A DNA stretch of 44,725 nucleotides from a virus (taxonomy: Duplodnaviria > Caudoviricetes): positions 1-44,725 of the IMG/VR virus record IMGVR_UViG_3300020282_000006; one strand, written 5' to 3'. Both the position numbers and the translations under genes were made by a program. Position 1 is the first letter of the stretch, and every line of letters begins with the position of its first letter. The notes beneath the pieces are model-generated. The model saw only the letters and a program-made list of their open reading frames with translations, had not been told where the DNA came from and did not search any database. Below, piece by piece: positions 1 to 8,415 of this stretch.

Positions 1-1486
1 AGTTCTCAAACATCCAGTCACCATTTTTGTAAATAAAAGATTTATCATAACCAGTTTCATCTGCAAAATATTTTCTTTCACTAGTAAAGAAATAAACCTC
101 AAAAGGTATATTAACTCTTCTAACAAATTCTACCAAGTTAATTAACTGATTAACGGTAGACTTTAAACAATCACTCATAGAACCTGACCAATCAAGCAAC
201 ATCATCATACCGTGGTTTTTACCATCAGGAATAATAGTCAATCTTTTAAAGATATCATCACTATGTTTGTATCTAGGTAATTTTAATGGGTCAATAATAC
301 CAGTTTTATCTGTACTTGCTCTCTTATAAGCAGTAGCGGCTTTTTTCATTTCAAATTCTTTTACAAGATATGAAACCGTCTTTTTGTTTTCTCTAGTAAA
401 TTTTTTGTAAGCGTCTTTTAACCACTTATCATATGCTGAAACATTATAATGTCTTCTAGCGTCTAGTTTTTCTTTTTCAAATTCTTTAAAGAAAGTCTGA
501 TAAGTAATTAAACCATCTTTGAAATTAGGTTTTGGCAACTCACCATAAACATAACCTTTGATTGAGTCATCTAATAATTCTTTATGTTTATTATCAAAAG
601 CTTCCTGTGTTACCGCTTTTAATAATTTGCCTTCAGTAAAATCACCGCCAGCACCTGGACCATAATGTGAAGCTTCTTCTTTACCTTTTTTATCATCTTC
701 TTTTTTACCATCTTTAGTATCACCATCTTGACTAGAAGATTTTTCATCATCTGCTTTTTGGTCACCAAAGTTATTGAAGTCATTTTTTTCGTCATCACTA
801 TCTGAATTGTCATCTGACTCTTGAACAGCATTAGACTCTTCATTGTCATCATCTAATTCTTCATCATCACCAAGGTCATAATTTTTTGCGATAACGTGTT
901 GGTCAAAATCAGGTAATTTTTTCATTTGCTCAACTTGTTTCTTTTGCCATTCTAACATTTCTTTAGCAAGGTCAACGACATCTTTAAAAGTCTTGATGGC
1001 GTCAACCTTTGCTAACCACTTTTTATCTTCAGGAGCAAATATGAATGGTAATCTGTTTAATGATTTACTTCTAATATTGATTTTGTCAATCAACATAAGG
1101 TCTTTATTAATATCTTTACCAATAAGACCAAAGAAATTCTTTTTATCTAATATATCAAAACCATTTTGATAGTTTCTAACAACACCAGGATATTTCTTTT
1201 GAATTAATTTGTCAATTCTAGTATCTTCAAGAACATTAACATATGTTCTTAATTCTTTATCTGTAGCGATTTCTTCCCACTTTTTATAAGGTGTCCATAA
1301 TGCGTGAGCACATTCGTGAGCAATTAACATATCATATACATCACCTTTTTGCTCTTTAAATATAGGCAATGTTAATACTCTATTCTTAACATCAAACGAA
1401 GCTGTCTGTACTTTGTTGTGTTGAATTATAATATTTTCTGTAGCGATTAGTTTGGCAAGATAGCCTTTAACGTCAAGATTTACCAT
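1..1486 (-). CDS. HExxH metallopeptidase-like plus VWA (CobT-like) protein, 3' truncated by the window edge
   Basis: Not in the ORF track; translated by hand. MVNLDVKGYLAKLIATENI...HECAHALWTP, then a D/E-rich linker, then GKNHGMMMLLDWSGSM (MIDAS DxSxS). AAGGA precedes ATG 1486; an in-frame ATG also lies at 1510. Confidence 0.8.
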   Translation of the reverse strand, partial: MVNLDVKGYLAKLIATENIIIQHNKVQTASFDVKNRVLTLPIFKEQKGDVYDMLIAHECAHALWTPYKKWEEIATDKELRTYVNVLEDTRIDKLIQKKYPGVVRNYQNGFDILDKKNFFGLIGKDINKDLMLIDKINIRSKSLNRLPFIFAPEDKKWLAKVDAIKTFKDVVDLAKEMLEWQKKQVEQMKKLPDFDQHVIAKNYDLGDDEELDDDNEESNAVQESDDNSDSDDEKNDFNNFGDQKADDEKSSSQDGDTKDGKKEDDKKGKEEASHYGPGAGGDFTEGKLLKAVTQEAFDNKHKELLDDSIKGYVYGELPKPNFKDGLITYQTFFKEFEKEKLDARRHYNVSAYDKWLKDAYKKFTRENKKTVSYLVKEFEMKKAATAYKRASTDKTGIIDPLKLPRYKHSDDIFKRLTIIPDGKNHGMMMLLDWSGSMSDCLKSTVNQLINLVEFVRRVNIPFEVYFFTSERKYFADETGYDKSFIYKNGDWMFEN

Positions 1487-1517
1487 AGTGTTAGTGTCCT
1501 TTTTAATCATATATTTC

Positions 1518-1546
1518 ATCCTAAAGGAAAAAATCGTAAATGTCAA
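1518..1546 (-). promoter_or_regulatory. sigma70-type early promoter
   Basis: TTGACA-17 nt-TAGGAT on the minus strand. Confidence 0.75.
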
Positions 1547-1590
1547 GCGTTTATTTCTTCACGGTCCATAACGCTTTCCGCTTATATGAT

Positions 1591-1605
1591 GTTCTGGTAA
1601 TGTTC
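1591..1605. promoter_or_regulatory. Putative alphaproteobacterial LexA (SOS) box
   Basis: GTTC-tggtaat-GTTC, i.e. GTTC-N7-GTTC, in an intergenic region. Confidence 0.55.
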
Positions 1606-1623
1606 TTTTTTGATAGATTCGTG

Positions 1624-1944
1624 CTACCGATTGTCGCCGGAACCTGATAGTTTCCCACGATTCGCTCTGTCTTGTAATTTGTCTATGTTTAACTTAGCAA
1701 TAGATTCCAAGTCCCAACCAATATCACCAGCCAATACGCTGAGATACCAGAGACAATCGCCAATTTCAGAGGCGATATCTTTACTAACATCTTTAATTTC
1801 TGTTCCATCACGGAGCACTTTCTTTACTTTATTCGCAACTTCACCTGCTTCGCCTGCTAAACCTAGTGCTGGATAGACCATCGCTTTGTCTTTTGGGTAT
1901 ATCGCCGTGCTTTTTGCTAGAGTTTGATACTCGTTTATTTGCAT
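1624..1944 (-). CDS. mazG: MazG-family NTP pyrophosphohydrolase
   Basis: LGLAGEAGEV and EIGDCLWY motifs; C-terminal GSGDNR typical of phage MazG. Confidence 0.92.
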   Translation of the reverse strand: MQINEYQTLAKSTAIYPKDKAMVYPALGLAGEAGEVANKVKKVLRDGTEIKDVSKDIASEIGDCLWYLSVLAGDIGWDLESIAKLNIDKLQDRANRGKLSGSGDNR

Positions 1945-1948
1945 TTAT

Positions 1949-3247
1949 TTATCTCCCTACGTTGCTCAAGTATTTGTTTTTTGTATCTTCCCAATTCATA
2001 TAGATAATATCATCATAGAAATGTGTCTCGGTAGATACTCTATTCTGTTTCTTTAAACTAGCCAATCTCTTCTTGGCATACTTGTTTTTCCATATATCAG
2101 TTAATGCTTCTACTGAATTGTCAAATCTTCTTACTAGTTTGTCTTCTTTAATCTCTTCTCTTAAAAATTCTTTAGTGTTCTCATATAGTTCGCCAAAGTA
2201 TATACCTCTAGCGTGTTCAGATTTAATTAGTTTCTTATCTATTCCTAGTTGATTATAAGTAAACGTATGTGACCTATTTCTATGGTCTCTCTTATGTGGT
2301 TGGCCTGTATCTTTCTTGGCAACATACCATTCAAAGTATTTGTAAGTATGATTTTTCATTAGCCATTGTTGTATCATTTTTCTAGTCTTTAATAGTGGTT
2401 CGTATGATACACTACCTGCTGTCCAACCCATTTTCTTCCAGTATTTTAATCTATCGTATTGTGATAATGGTATCTCTTTTGTCTTACCATATAGACTTGT
2501 TGTGGTCACACCTACTAATTTATCTTTATATTGATATTCCCAGGTATCTTCAATAGTTTTACTCAAACATAGTAATGCTAGCAGTTTCCCGCCAACCAGG
2601 TTGTATCCAAGCGGCTGTATTGGTACTATTGTACTACCAATGCAAGTATGATTAATCATTCTTTGAGTCTTGGCAACACGTTCCCAACCAATGTAATTAT
2701 CTCTAGGTGTCAAGTCTAGGAAATCACTTGACATACAGGTTACACCTAATAGTTTCTTTGTTTTCTTATCTCTGATTAAGAAGTTAAGATTTCTACCAAT
2801 ATTACTATTGTTTTTCATAGTTGATAAAAACGTTCTCATACCATTCCAGATAGCTGGCATATTAGCACCTGTGATTGATTTTACATCATCACCATCTGTC
2901 CATAATAATTCTGGTTCTAAATAAAGATATTCTTCTTGGTCTTCAGGTAACCAAAAGTTATTTTTAATCTCTTGTAGTAATGCACCTTGTTCAGGATTCT
3001 TTAATGCTGGTTTATCGTCAAAGAAACTATTGACTTCTTCGGTAGGATATTTGTCGTGTACTTCACACCATTTTTGATATAGTGTATATTCTTTAACGTC
3101 CATAGCAGAGACATAAGATAAGTCTTTTATAACTGCCTCTTTTAAAGTTTCTGTATCTATATTAGGTATTTTATCTATTGGGTTGTGGTCTTGCCAACTT
3201 TGCCATTGGTCGTCAATAGACATACCTTTCTTCCACGAATAAGCCAT
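1949..3247 (-). CDS. DUF4338 / Druantia DruA-like protein
   Basis: Motifs GRNLNFLIRD, RDNYIGW, PLGYNLVGGKLLALL, TTTSLYG, QYDRL..W..MGWTAG. Confidence 0.7.
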   Translation of the reverse strand: MAYSWKKGMSIDDQWQSWQDHNPIDKIPNIDTETLKEAVIKDLSYVSAMDVKEYTLYQKWCEVHDKYPTEEVNSFFDDKPALKNPEQGALLQEIKNNFWLPEDQEEYLYLEPELLWTDGDDVKSITGANMPAIWNGMRTFLSTMKNNSNIGRNLNFLIRDKKTKKLLGVTCMSSDFLDLTPRDNYIGWERVAKTQRMINHTCIGSTIVPIQPLGYNLVGGKLLALLCLSKTIEDTWEYQYKDKLVGVTTTSLYGKTKEIPLSQYDRLKYWKKMGWTAGSVSYEPLLKTRKMIQQWLMKNHTYKYFEWYVAKKDTGQPHKRDHRNRSHTFTYNQLGIDKKLIKSEHARGIYFGELYENTKEFLREEIKEDKLVRRFDNSVEALTDIWKNKYAKKRLASLKKQNRVSTETHFYDDIIYMNWEDTKNKYLSNVGR

Positions 3248-3254
3248 AATATAT

Positions 3255-3283
3255 AAGGTACTCTAAATTTTTGTTATTGTCAA
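3255..3283 (-). promoter_or_regulatory. sigma70-type promoter for the DruA-like gene and mazG
   Basis: TTGACA-17 nt-TACCTT, with ATG 7 nt downstream. Confidence 0.65.
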
Positions 3284-3852
3284 GTCTGGGATAGTTGTCT
3301 TGCTTCTTGTAGTTTTGCTCTTTGTAGGTCTCTATTATACATCTTTTCTGCCTTTTTCTTGGCCATATCAAACTTTAATTTAGAAACCTTTTCAACAAAG
3401 GTAATGCCTAGTGTATGGTCAAATTCGTGTTGATAGATTCGTGAGAACATACCATCAAAGGTTGTTTCTACTTTCTTACCATCATCATCTTCAAATTCAA
3501 CGGTACAAGTTCTAGGTCTATTGATACTCAAAAATAAGTAAGGAAAAGTTAAACAGCCCTCTGACATTAATATGTCTTCTTTTGAGTGAGTTTTTATAAT
3601 AGGATTCCAACAAGAATACTTTTCACCATTATTTAATTGTAAATGATTACCCATAACAAACATTCTAAATGGTAAACCTACCTGATTGCAAGTAAGACCT
3701 ATACCACCATATTTCTTCATTGCCATAAACATTGCTTTAGATACTTCTTTTCTATCTTTAAAGTCGTGTTCTTTTAGCATATCGTCATTAAATGGTGCTA
3801 TTGCTGATAACACTCTAGGGTCGTTTGATGGTATTAATTTTAGTTCTTTCAT
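3280..3852 (-). CDS. def: Peptide deformylase
   Basis: GIGLTCNQVG, EGCLT and QHEFDH motifs. Confidence 0.95.
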   Translation of the reverse strand: MKELKLIPSNDPRVLSAIAPFNDDMLKEHDFKDRKEVSKAMFMAMKKYGGIGLTCNQVGLPFRMFVMGNHLQLNNGEKYSCWNPIIKTHSKEDILMSEGCLTFPYLFLSINRPRTCTVEFEDDDGKKVETTFDGMFSRIYQHEFDHTLGITFVEKVSKLKFDMAKKKAEKMYNRDLQRAKLQEARQLSQT

Positions 3853-5564
3853 ATGTTTCCTAATTGTGTAAAGTTTTGTACTTTCTCATATTTAATTATG
3901 TTTGTAAATTTATCAAATAGTATATCGCCTTTATGTGATATAATAAAGATATTCTCTTTCTCTAAAGTCTTAATAATTTTAAAGAAGTCATCTGTACCTT
4001 GGCCGTCTAATGATGAATCAAATATCTCATCTAATATTAATAGATTGGTATTTGTACTATTTTTCATTCTAGCAATATCTCGCCAAGTAAATAACAGAGC
4101 AAGGTCTATTCTCATCTTCTCACCCTCACTAAAGTTATTATAATTAAATGTATCTCTAAATCTACTTTTTACCGTCTCATTAAACTCTTCGTCTAAATTA
4201 AACGATATATAAAAGTCCATTGCTTGTAAATATTTATTAATAAGTGAGTTCATAATAGGTACATACTTTCTAATTATCTGTGCCTTAGCACCCTTGTCAT
4301 TAAGTATCTCTCTTAATATATCTACATAGCCTTTCTCTTCTTGTACTTTATCTAAATCAACTTCCGCTTCTCCTAATTTCTTTTTCATATCAACTAGACT
4401 TAATTTTATATCTTCTATATCAACATCTTTTTCATTTACTCTGTCAATATCAGATTGTATCTGGTCACTCTGCGTTTTTAATATGTCTAGTGAGGAACCA
4501 ACCTTTGCTATCTGTAATTGCATATCGGATATCTTCTCTGAAACCTTGGTAAAAGCAGATACCTTTTGTTCTTGTTTTGATATTTCTCCTACGAGCTGGG
4601 CTAATCCGTCTTCTAGTTTGGTGATTGTACCTTTTTCGTGTTCGCATTTATTTGCCTTAAACTGGTCGTCTATTTTTTGTGTACACACAGGACAATTATC
4701 ATTCTCTTCAAAAAACTTCAATGACTTTTTATGTGTCTCTAGGTTTTGTTCAATCTTTGTTTCAAATTTTTCTAGTTCTTTTAATTTCTTTTCAGTATCT
4801 TCTTTGCCAACTAATGCGTTTTGACTTACTGCTATCGCCTCATTTAAACCTTGTAGTTTTTGAGTATATAATTGTCTATTTGTTTTATTTTCCTCTAGTT
4901 TTCTAAGCGCTACCGTTTGGTTGTCTGTTCCTTTGGCCTCCAGAGTGTTTAAGTATTTTGCTTCAGTTTCATACTTGGTCTTTATTAACTCACATTGGTG
5001 CCTCACCTCCGTCAACTTTTTTTGAAGGTCGCTCTGTTGAGAACGCAATATTAAGTCCATAAGACCAAAAACTCTAATGTCAAGTATCTCTTCAACTACT
5101 TCTCTTCTATATCTTGGTTTCATCTTCATAAACGGCTCGTATGATGATGACCCTAATAATACTACTTGAATAAAAGACCTATAATTTAACTTCATTATAT
5201 TTTGTTCAAGATACTTTTGATAATCTATATTGTTGGCGTCTTGATTTAGTTTCTTACCATCACAAAAGATTTCAAACAAATTAGGTTTGATACCTCTTCT
5301 TACTTTATATTTCTTCGTGCCTACTTCAAAATCTACCTCTACTATACAATCGCCATTGTTAATAGTATTGACCATTTGTTCTTTCTTAATTATTCTAAAT
5401 GGTCTATTGAATAATACAAAACATAATGCGTCAAGTAAAGTAGATTTACCACTACCATTTGTACCGACAATTAAAGTCATTTGAGACTTATCTAAATCAA
5501 TAACAATTGGCTGGTTACCACTTGATAAGAAGTTTTTATAATTTAGTCTTTTAAATAGTATCAT
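3849..5564 (-). CDS. gp46: Recombination endonuclease subunit (Rad50/SbcC-like)
   Basis: Walker A GTNGSGKS, CPVC zinc hook, FSEGE signature, LILDE Walker B. Confidence 0.96.
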   Translation of the reverse strand: MILFKRLNYKNFLSSGNQPIVIDLDKSQMTLIVGTNGSGKSTLLDALCFVLFNRPFRIIKKEQMVNTINNGDCIVEVDFEVGTKKYKVRRGIKPNLFEIFCDGKKLNQDANNIDYQKYLEQNIMKLNYRSFIQVVLLGSSSYEPFMKMKPRYRREVVEEILDIRVFGLMDLILRSQQSDLQKKLTEVRHQCELIKTKYETEAKYLNTLEAKGTDNQTVALRKLEENKTNRQLYTQKLQGLNEAIAVSQNALVGKEDTEKKLKELEKFETKIEQNLETHKKSLKFFEENDNCPVCTQKIDDQFKANKCEHEKGTITKLEDGLAQLVGEISKQEQKVSAFTKVSEKISDMQLQIAKVGSSLDILKTQSDQIQSDIDRVNEKDVDIEDIKLSLVDMKKKLGEAEVDLDKVQEEKGYVDILREILNDKGAKAQIIRKYVPIMNSLINKYLQAMDFYISFNLDEEFNETVKSRFRDTFNYNNFSEGEKMRIDLALLFTWRDIARMKNSTNTNLLILDEIFDSSLDGQGTDDFFKIIKTLEKENIFIISHKGDILFDKFTNIIKYEKVQNFTQLGNI

Positions 5565-6276
5565 CTAGCTTTGTTGGTGTTGGTAAAGTATCACGTCTCA
5601 TTTCATCTATTCTTTTAAAATCTGAATCCATAGGTGTTGGTTCTGCGTCTGACTTTTGGCTCGGGTGTTTAAAATATAAATTACCTGATACCGTTATTCT
5701 AGTGCCTGGCGTTTTAAAAGGTATTACTTCGTGTCTTAATAAAGCAGGAAACATCCATAGATATCCTTCCTGTGGCAAATAAGATTGTGTATGAGTTGCC
5801 CATTGTGGAAAAGAGTGTTCGCCATAATGAAATACGGTTGCACCTGGTCCAGCACTTCTACCTGTATATTGTTCTCTTTCTTTTTCTATGTCGTGTGTTT
5901 TTAAATACATAACCCAAGATAACATTCCGCTATGTGTATGTGCTGGATTATATTCATTTTCTTTCATATAATTAATCCATAAACTTAATAGATTAAAAGA
6001 TTTAGACCAATCTGGTTCTCTGTAAGTTGTATTTAAAAATTCACAATTTCCTTCTACGTAAGAGTCTATGTATGGTTGAAATTCTTTTACGAACCACTTT
6101 TTATCTTCCATACTATACCCTCTTTGGTCTGACATTAAACTTGCTAGTTCAGAATTTCCTGAACCTACTTTTTTATTTTCTGCTCTTTGTAATAGACCAT
6201 CAATTAATGGCTGTTCTACTTTCATCAATGCCACATATGGTCCAAATTTTATATTACCTAATATCTCTGGTTTCAT
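5551..6276 (-). CDS. 2OG-Fe(II) oxygenase (TIGR02466-like)
   Basis: LWINY..EYNPAHTH, FPALLRHEV.P and RITVSGN motifs. Confidence 0.85.
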   Translation of the reverse strand: MKPEILGNIKFGPYVALMKVEQPLIDGLLQRAENKKVGSGNSELASLMSDQRGYSMEDKKWFVKEFQPYIDSYVEGNCEFLNTTYREPDWSKSFNLLSLWINYMKENEYNPAHTHSGMLSWVMYLKTHDIEKEREQYTGRSAGPGATVFHYGEHSFPQWATHTQSYLPQEGYLWMFPALLRHEVIPFKTPGTRITVSGNLYFKHPSQKSDAEPTPMDSDFKRIDEMRRDTLPTPTKLDDTI

Positions 6277-7319
6277 TCACTTGCCTCGCTATATAGTTCT
6301 TTTGCAAAAGTCTTTAACTTTTGTTTGTCTAGGTCTGTATTTACTTGGTCAATATAGTTGCCTAGAAAGGTTAACGTATCTTCTCCTTGTTCAAGTATAT
6401 CTTCTCTAACTGATACATTAACATCTGACATATCTTCAACAACATCTATGGCGTGAACATTTATTTTATTGTATATTCTATCCATAAGTCTATCGTACAT
6501 ATCACTATCTGTTTTATTAGATACAAATAGCTTAACAAAACAATTGTCAAACTCTGTAATATCTAATTCATCATAGTTAGTTTCTTTATCATTGTATATT
6601 ATCTTCTTGAACATTCTAATAGGGTTAGGTATTCTTGTTACCTCTCTTGTTTGAGTATCAAAAATATGAAACCCTTTAGGACACATATAGTCTGACCAAG
6701 TCATTTCGTATTGTGTTCCTAGATAATATATCTGTCCGTCATCTGACTTTTTATGAAAGTGACCAGACAAAACTTTTTCAAATCTTTTAAACATTGCCTT
6801 TTCTTGGCCGTGGTCATTAAAGTGGCCGTTATGCATTTCAAAACCTTTTATCTCTAAATGACCCATTGCAATAGGTGATGTACTATTCTTAATAGTCTCT
6901 ACTGATTCTGTTTCATTGTCATCACATATCCAAGGTATGAATAATACTTTTAAGCCGTCAAATTCTAATTCTGTTGCCTTTGTAAAGACCTCTGTATTCT
7001 TACTAATATCTAAATTTTGTAAAGCGTTTACTTCGTTGGTGTTCTTGTAATAAGTATCGTGGTTACCAATAATAATATAAGTCTTGATGTTTAATTCATC
7101 TAACTTGTCCCAAAATACTTTCTTAAAATTGTGTGCTGTATTATGGTTTATAAATTTTCTTCTATCAACCACATCACCTAAATGAATAAGTGTATCTATA
7201 TTATTGTCTTTTAAGTATGGAAAAAATAGTTCATCATAAAATCTATTCTGATATTTTACAAATGCTGGACTATCGTTTCTCACACCAAAGTGAGTATCAT
7301 TTAACAACGCTATTTTCAT
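6273..7319 (-). CDS. gp47: Recombination endonuclease subunit (Mre11/SbcD-like)
   Basis: DTHFG, GDVVDRR, GNHD and SGHFH phosphoesterase motifs. Confidence 0.96.
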   Translation of the reverse strand: MKIALLNDTHFGVRNDSPAFVKYQNRFYDELFFPYLKDNNIDTLIHLGDVVDRRKFINHNTAHNFKKVFWDKLDELNIKTYIIIGNHDTYYKNTNEVNALQNLDISKNTEVFTKATELEFDGLKVLFIPWICDDNETESVETIKNSTSPIAMGHLEIKGFEMHNGHFNDHGQEKAMFKRFEKVLSGHFHKKSDDGQIYYLGTQYEMTWSDYMCPKGFHIFDTQTREVTRIPNPIRMFKKIIYNDKETNYDELDITEFDNCFVKLFVSNKTDSDMYDRLMDRIYNKINVHAIDVVEDMSDVNVSVREDILEQGEDTLTFLGNYIDQVNTDLDKQKLKTFAKELYSEASE

Positions 7320-7832
7320 TTACTTTTTTTTCTTTTTTTTAGGTGCTAATTTAGAGTCTTCTTCTTTAGGTAAATTTGCTTTTAAAAATTCTGTAAATTG
7401 ATTTTTGAATTCTCTGTCATCACCTGGTTGTAAGGTCATATCATCATAATTAGAATCAGCTATCATTTTTTGTTTAATGACCGTCTGTTTCTTTTCTTTT
7501 TGTATTCGTCTAACAAACGCATAATAAATTATTTGCGTGAAATATGCAAAAGGATTATTTGATTTATCTGGATTAAAGTTATCTAGGTATTGTAAACAAT
7601 TCTCTATACCATCAGAAATCATATCGTCTCTGTATGTATAGTTAATAAAATTAGGTCTGTATGATAGGTGGTTTGCTATTTTTAGAAAACAGCTTCCTAT
7701 GTAATCGGTAACTGGCGGCTTAGGTTGTTTTTTTCTTTTTGCCTTGTTAACAGATTTACGATACTCAACCATAGCGGCTAAGAATTCTTTGTTGTTAACG
7801 TAATGTTCTGGTTTTGCTTTGCTTCTTGTCAT
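7320..7832 (-). CDS. gp55: Late transcription sigma factor
   Basis: HYVNNKEF, RPNFINYTYRDDMISDGIENCL, NPFAYFTQI. Confidence 0.96.
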   Translation of the reverse strand: MTRSKAKPEHYVNNKEFLAAMVEYRKSVNKAKRKKQPKPPVTDYIGSCFLKIANHLSYRPNFINYTYRDDMISDGIENCLQYLDNFNPDKSNNPFAYFTQIIYYAFVRRIQKEKKQTVIKQKMIADSNYDDMTLQPGDDREFKNQFTEFLKANLPKEEDSKLAPKKKKKK

Positions 7833-7841
7833 TCTGTCCTC

Positions 7842-7870
7842 ATATTATATCAATATTAAAAAAAAGTCAA
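7842..7870 (-). promoter_or_regulatory. sigma70-type promoter of gp55
   Basis: TTGACT-17 nt-TAATAT (an overlapping TATAAT gives a 15-nt spacer). Confidence 0.65.
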
Positions 7871-7883
7871 TGTTCATTCACAC

Positions 7884-7911
7884 TTGACAATTGAAAAAAA
7901 ATGTTTATAAT
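7884..7911 (+). promoter_or_regulatory. Consensus sigma70 promoter pointing antisense to the uvsW operon
   Basis: TTGACA-16 nt-TATAAT on the plus strand. Confidence 0.6.
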
Positions 7912-7941
7912 GAGCGGTGTAGCGTCTTTAAGAAACAGAGT

Positions 7942-8415
7942 CTAGTGTATAGTTTTGTTTCCGCTCTCATCATCTTCATCATCAACAAATTCTTCAAATA
8001 TTTCTCTTATCTTTTTACTCTCGGAGTCTGTAAATCTTTTTTGTGCATAAACAGACTGGTCTTTGTCTGGCGATTTTAGAGTATGATAATCTTTCTCAAT
8101 TAAATGATAAGACTTTACCATTTCTTTACTAGCGCCAGCTATAGTCATAATTTTATCTTTAGGTATAGTAATAATATTGTCAGGTGTAAAGTTTACCCAA
8201 CGAATCAATGCTATATAATCTTTGAAACCTGTAGGAGTTATTTGAGGTACATACTTAATTTGTAATGGCCTCTGCAATCTTAATAAGGGAGAGTTATCTG
8301 GCAATTGTTTATCTTTCTCTGGTAGATGACAAACTATGTCCTCACCATTGATAAGTTTTATAACCTTGACATTTACCATTTTTGACTCTTTAGTTTTTTT
8401 AATCTCTTGGTGCAT
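7942..8415 (-). CDS. Conserved T4-like marine phage protein (Sm-like beta fold) downstream of uvsW
   Basis: VIKLINGEDIV...P...W motif; position between uvsW and gp55. Confidence 0.75.
   Translation of the reverse strand: MHQEIKKTKESKMVNVKVIKLINGEDIVCHLPEKDKQLPDNSPLLRLQRPLQIKYVPQITPTGFKDYIALIRWVNFTPDNIITIPKDKIMTIAGASKEMVKSYHLIEKDYHTLKSPDKDQSVYAQKRFTDSESKKIREIFEEFVDDEDDESGNKTIH

Noticed and set aside
619-852. 77-aa Met/Lys-rich ORF
   Set aside because: Alternative frame of the D/E-rich linker of the real 1..1486 gene.
1946-1953. GATAAATA before mazG as a late promoter
   Set aside because: Only 1 nt from the ATG and formed by the upstream stop and SD spacer; too close to initiate a transcript containing the start codon.
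7320-7343. Two A-AAA-AAG slippery heptamers at the gp55 3' end
   Set aside because: A -1 shift gives only a short extension and no fusion to gp47; explained by the poly-Lys tail.
7891-8079. 62-aa plus-strand ORF near the antisense promoter
   Set aside because: Its TTG start lies inside the promoter spacer, upstream of the predicted TSS, and it overlaps a real gene.
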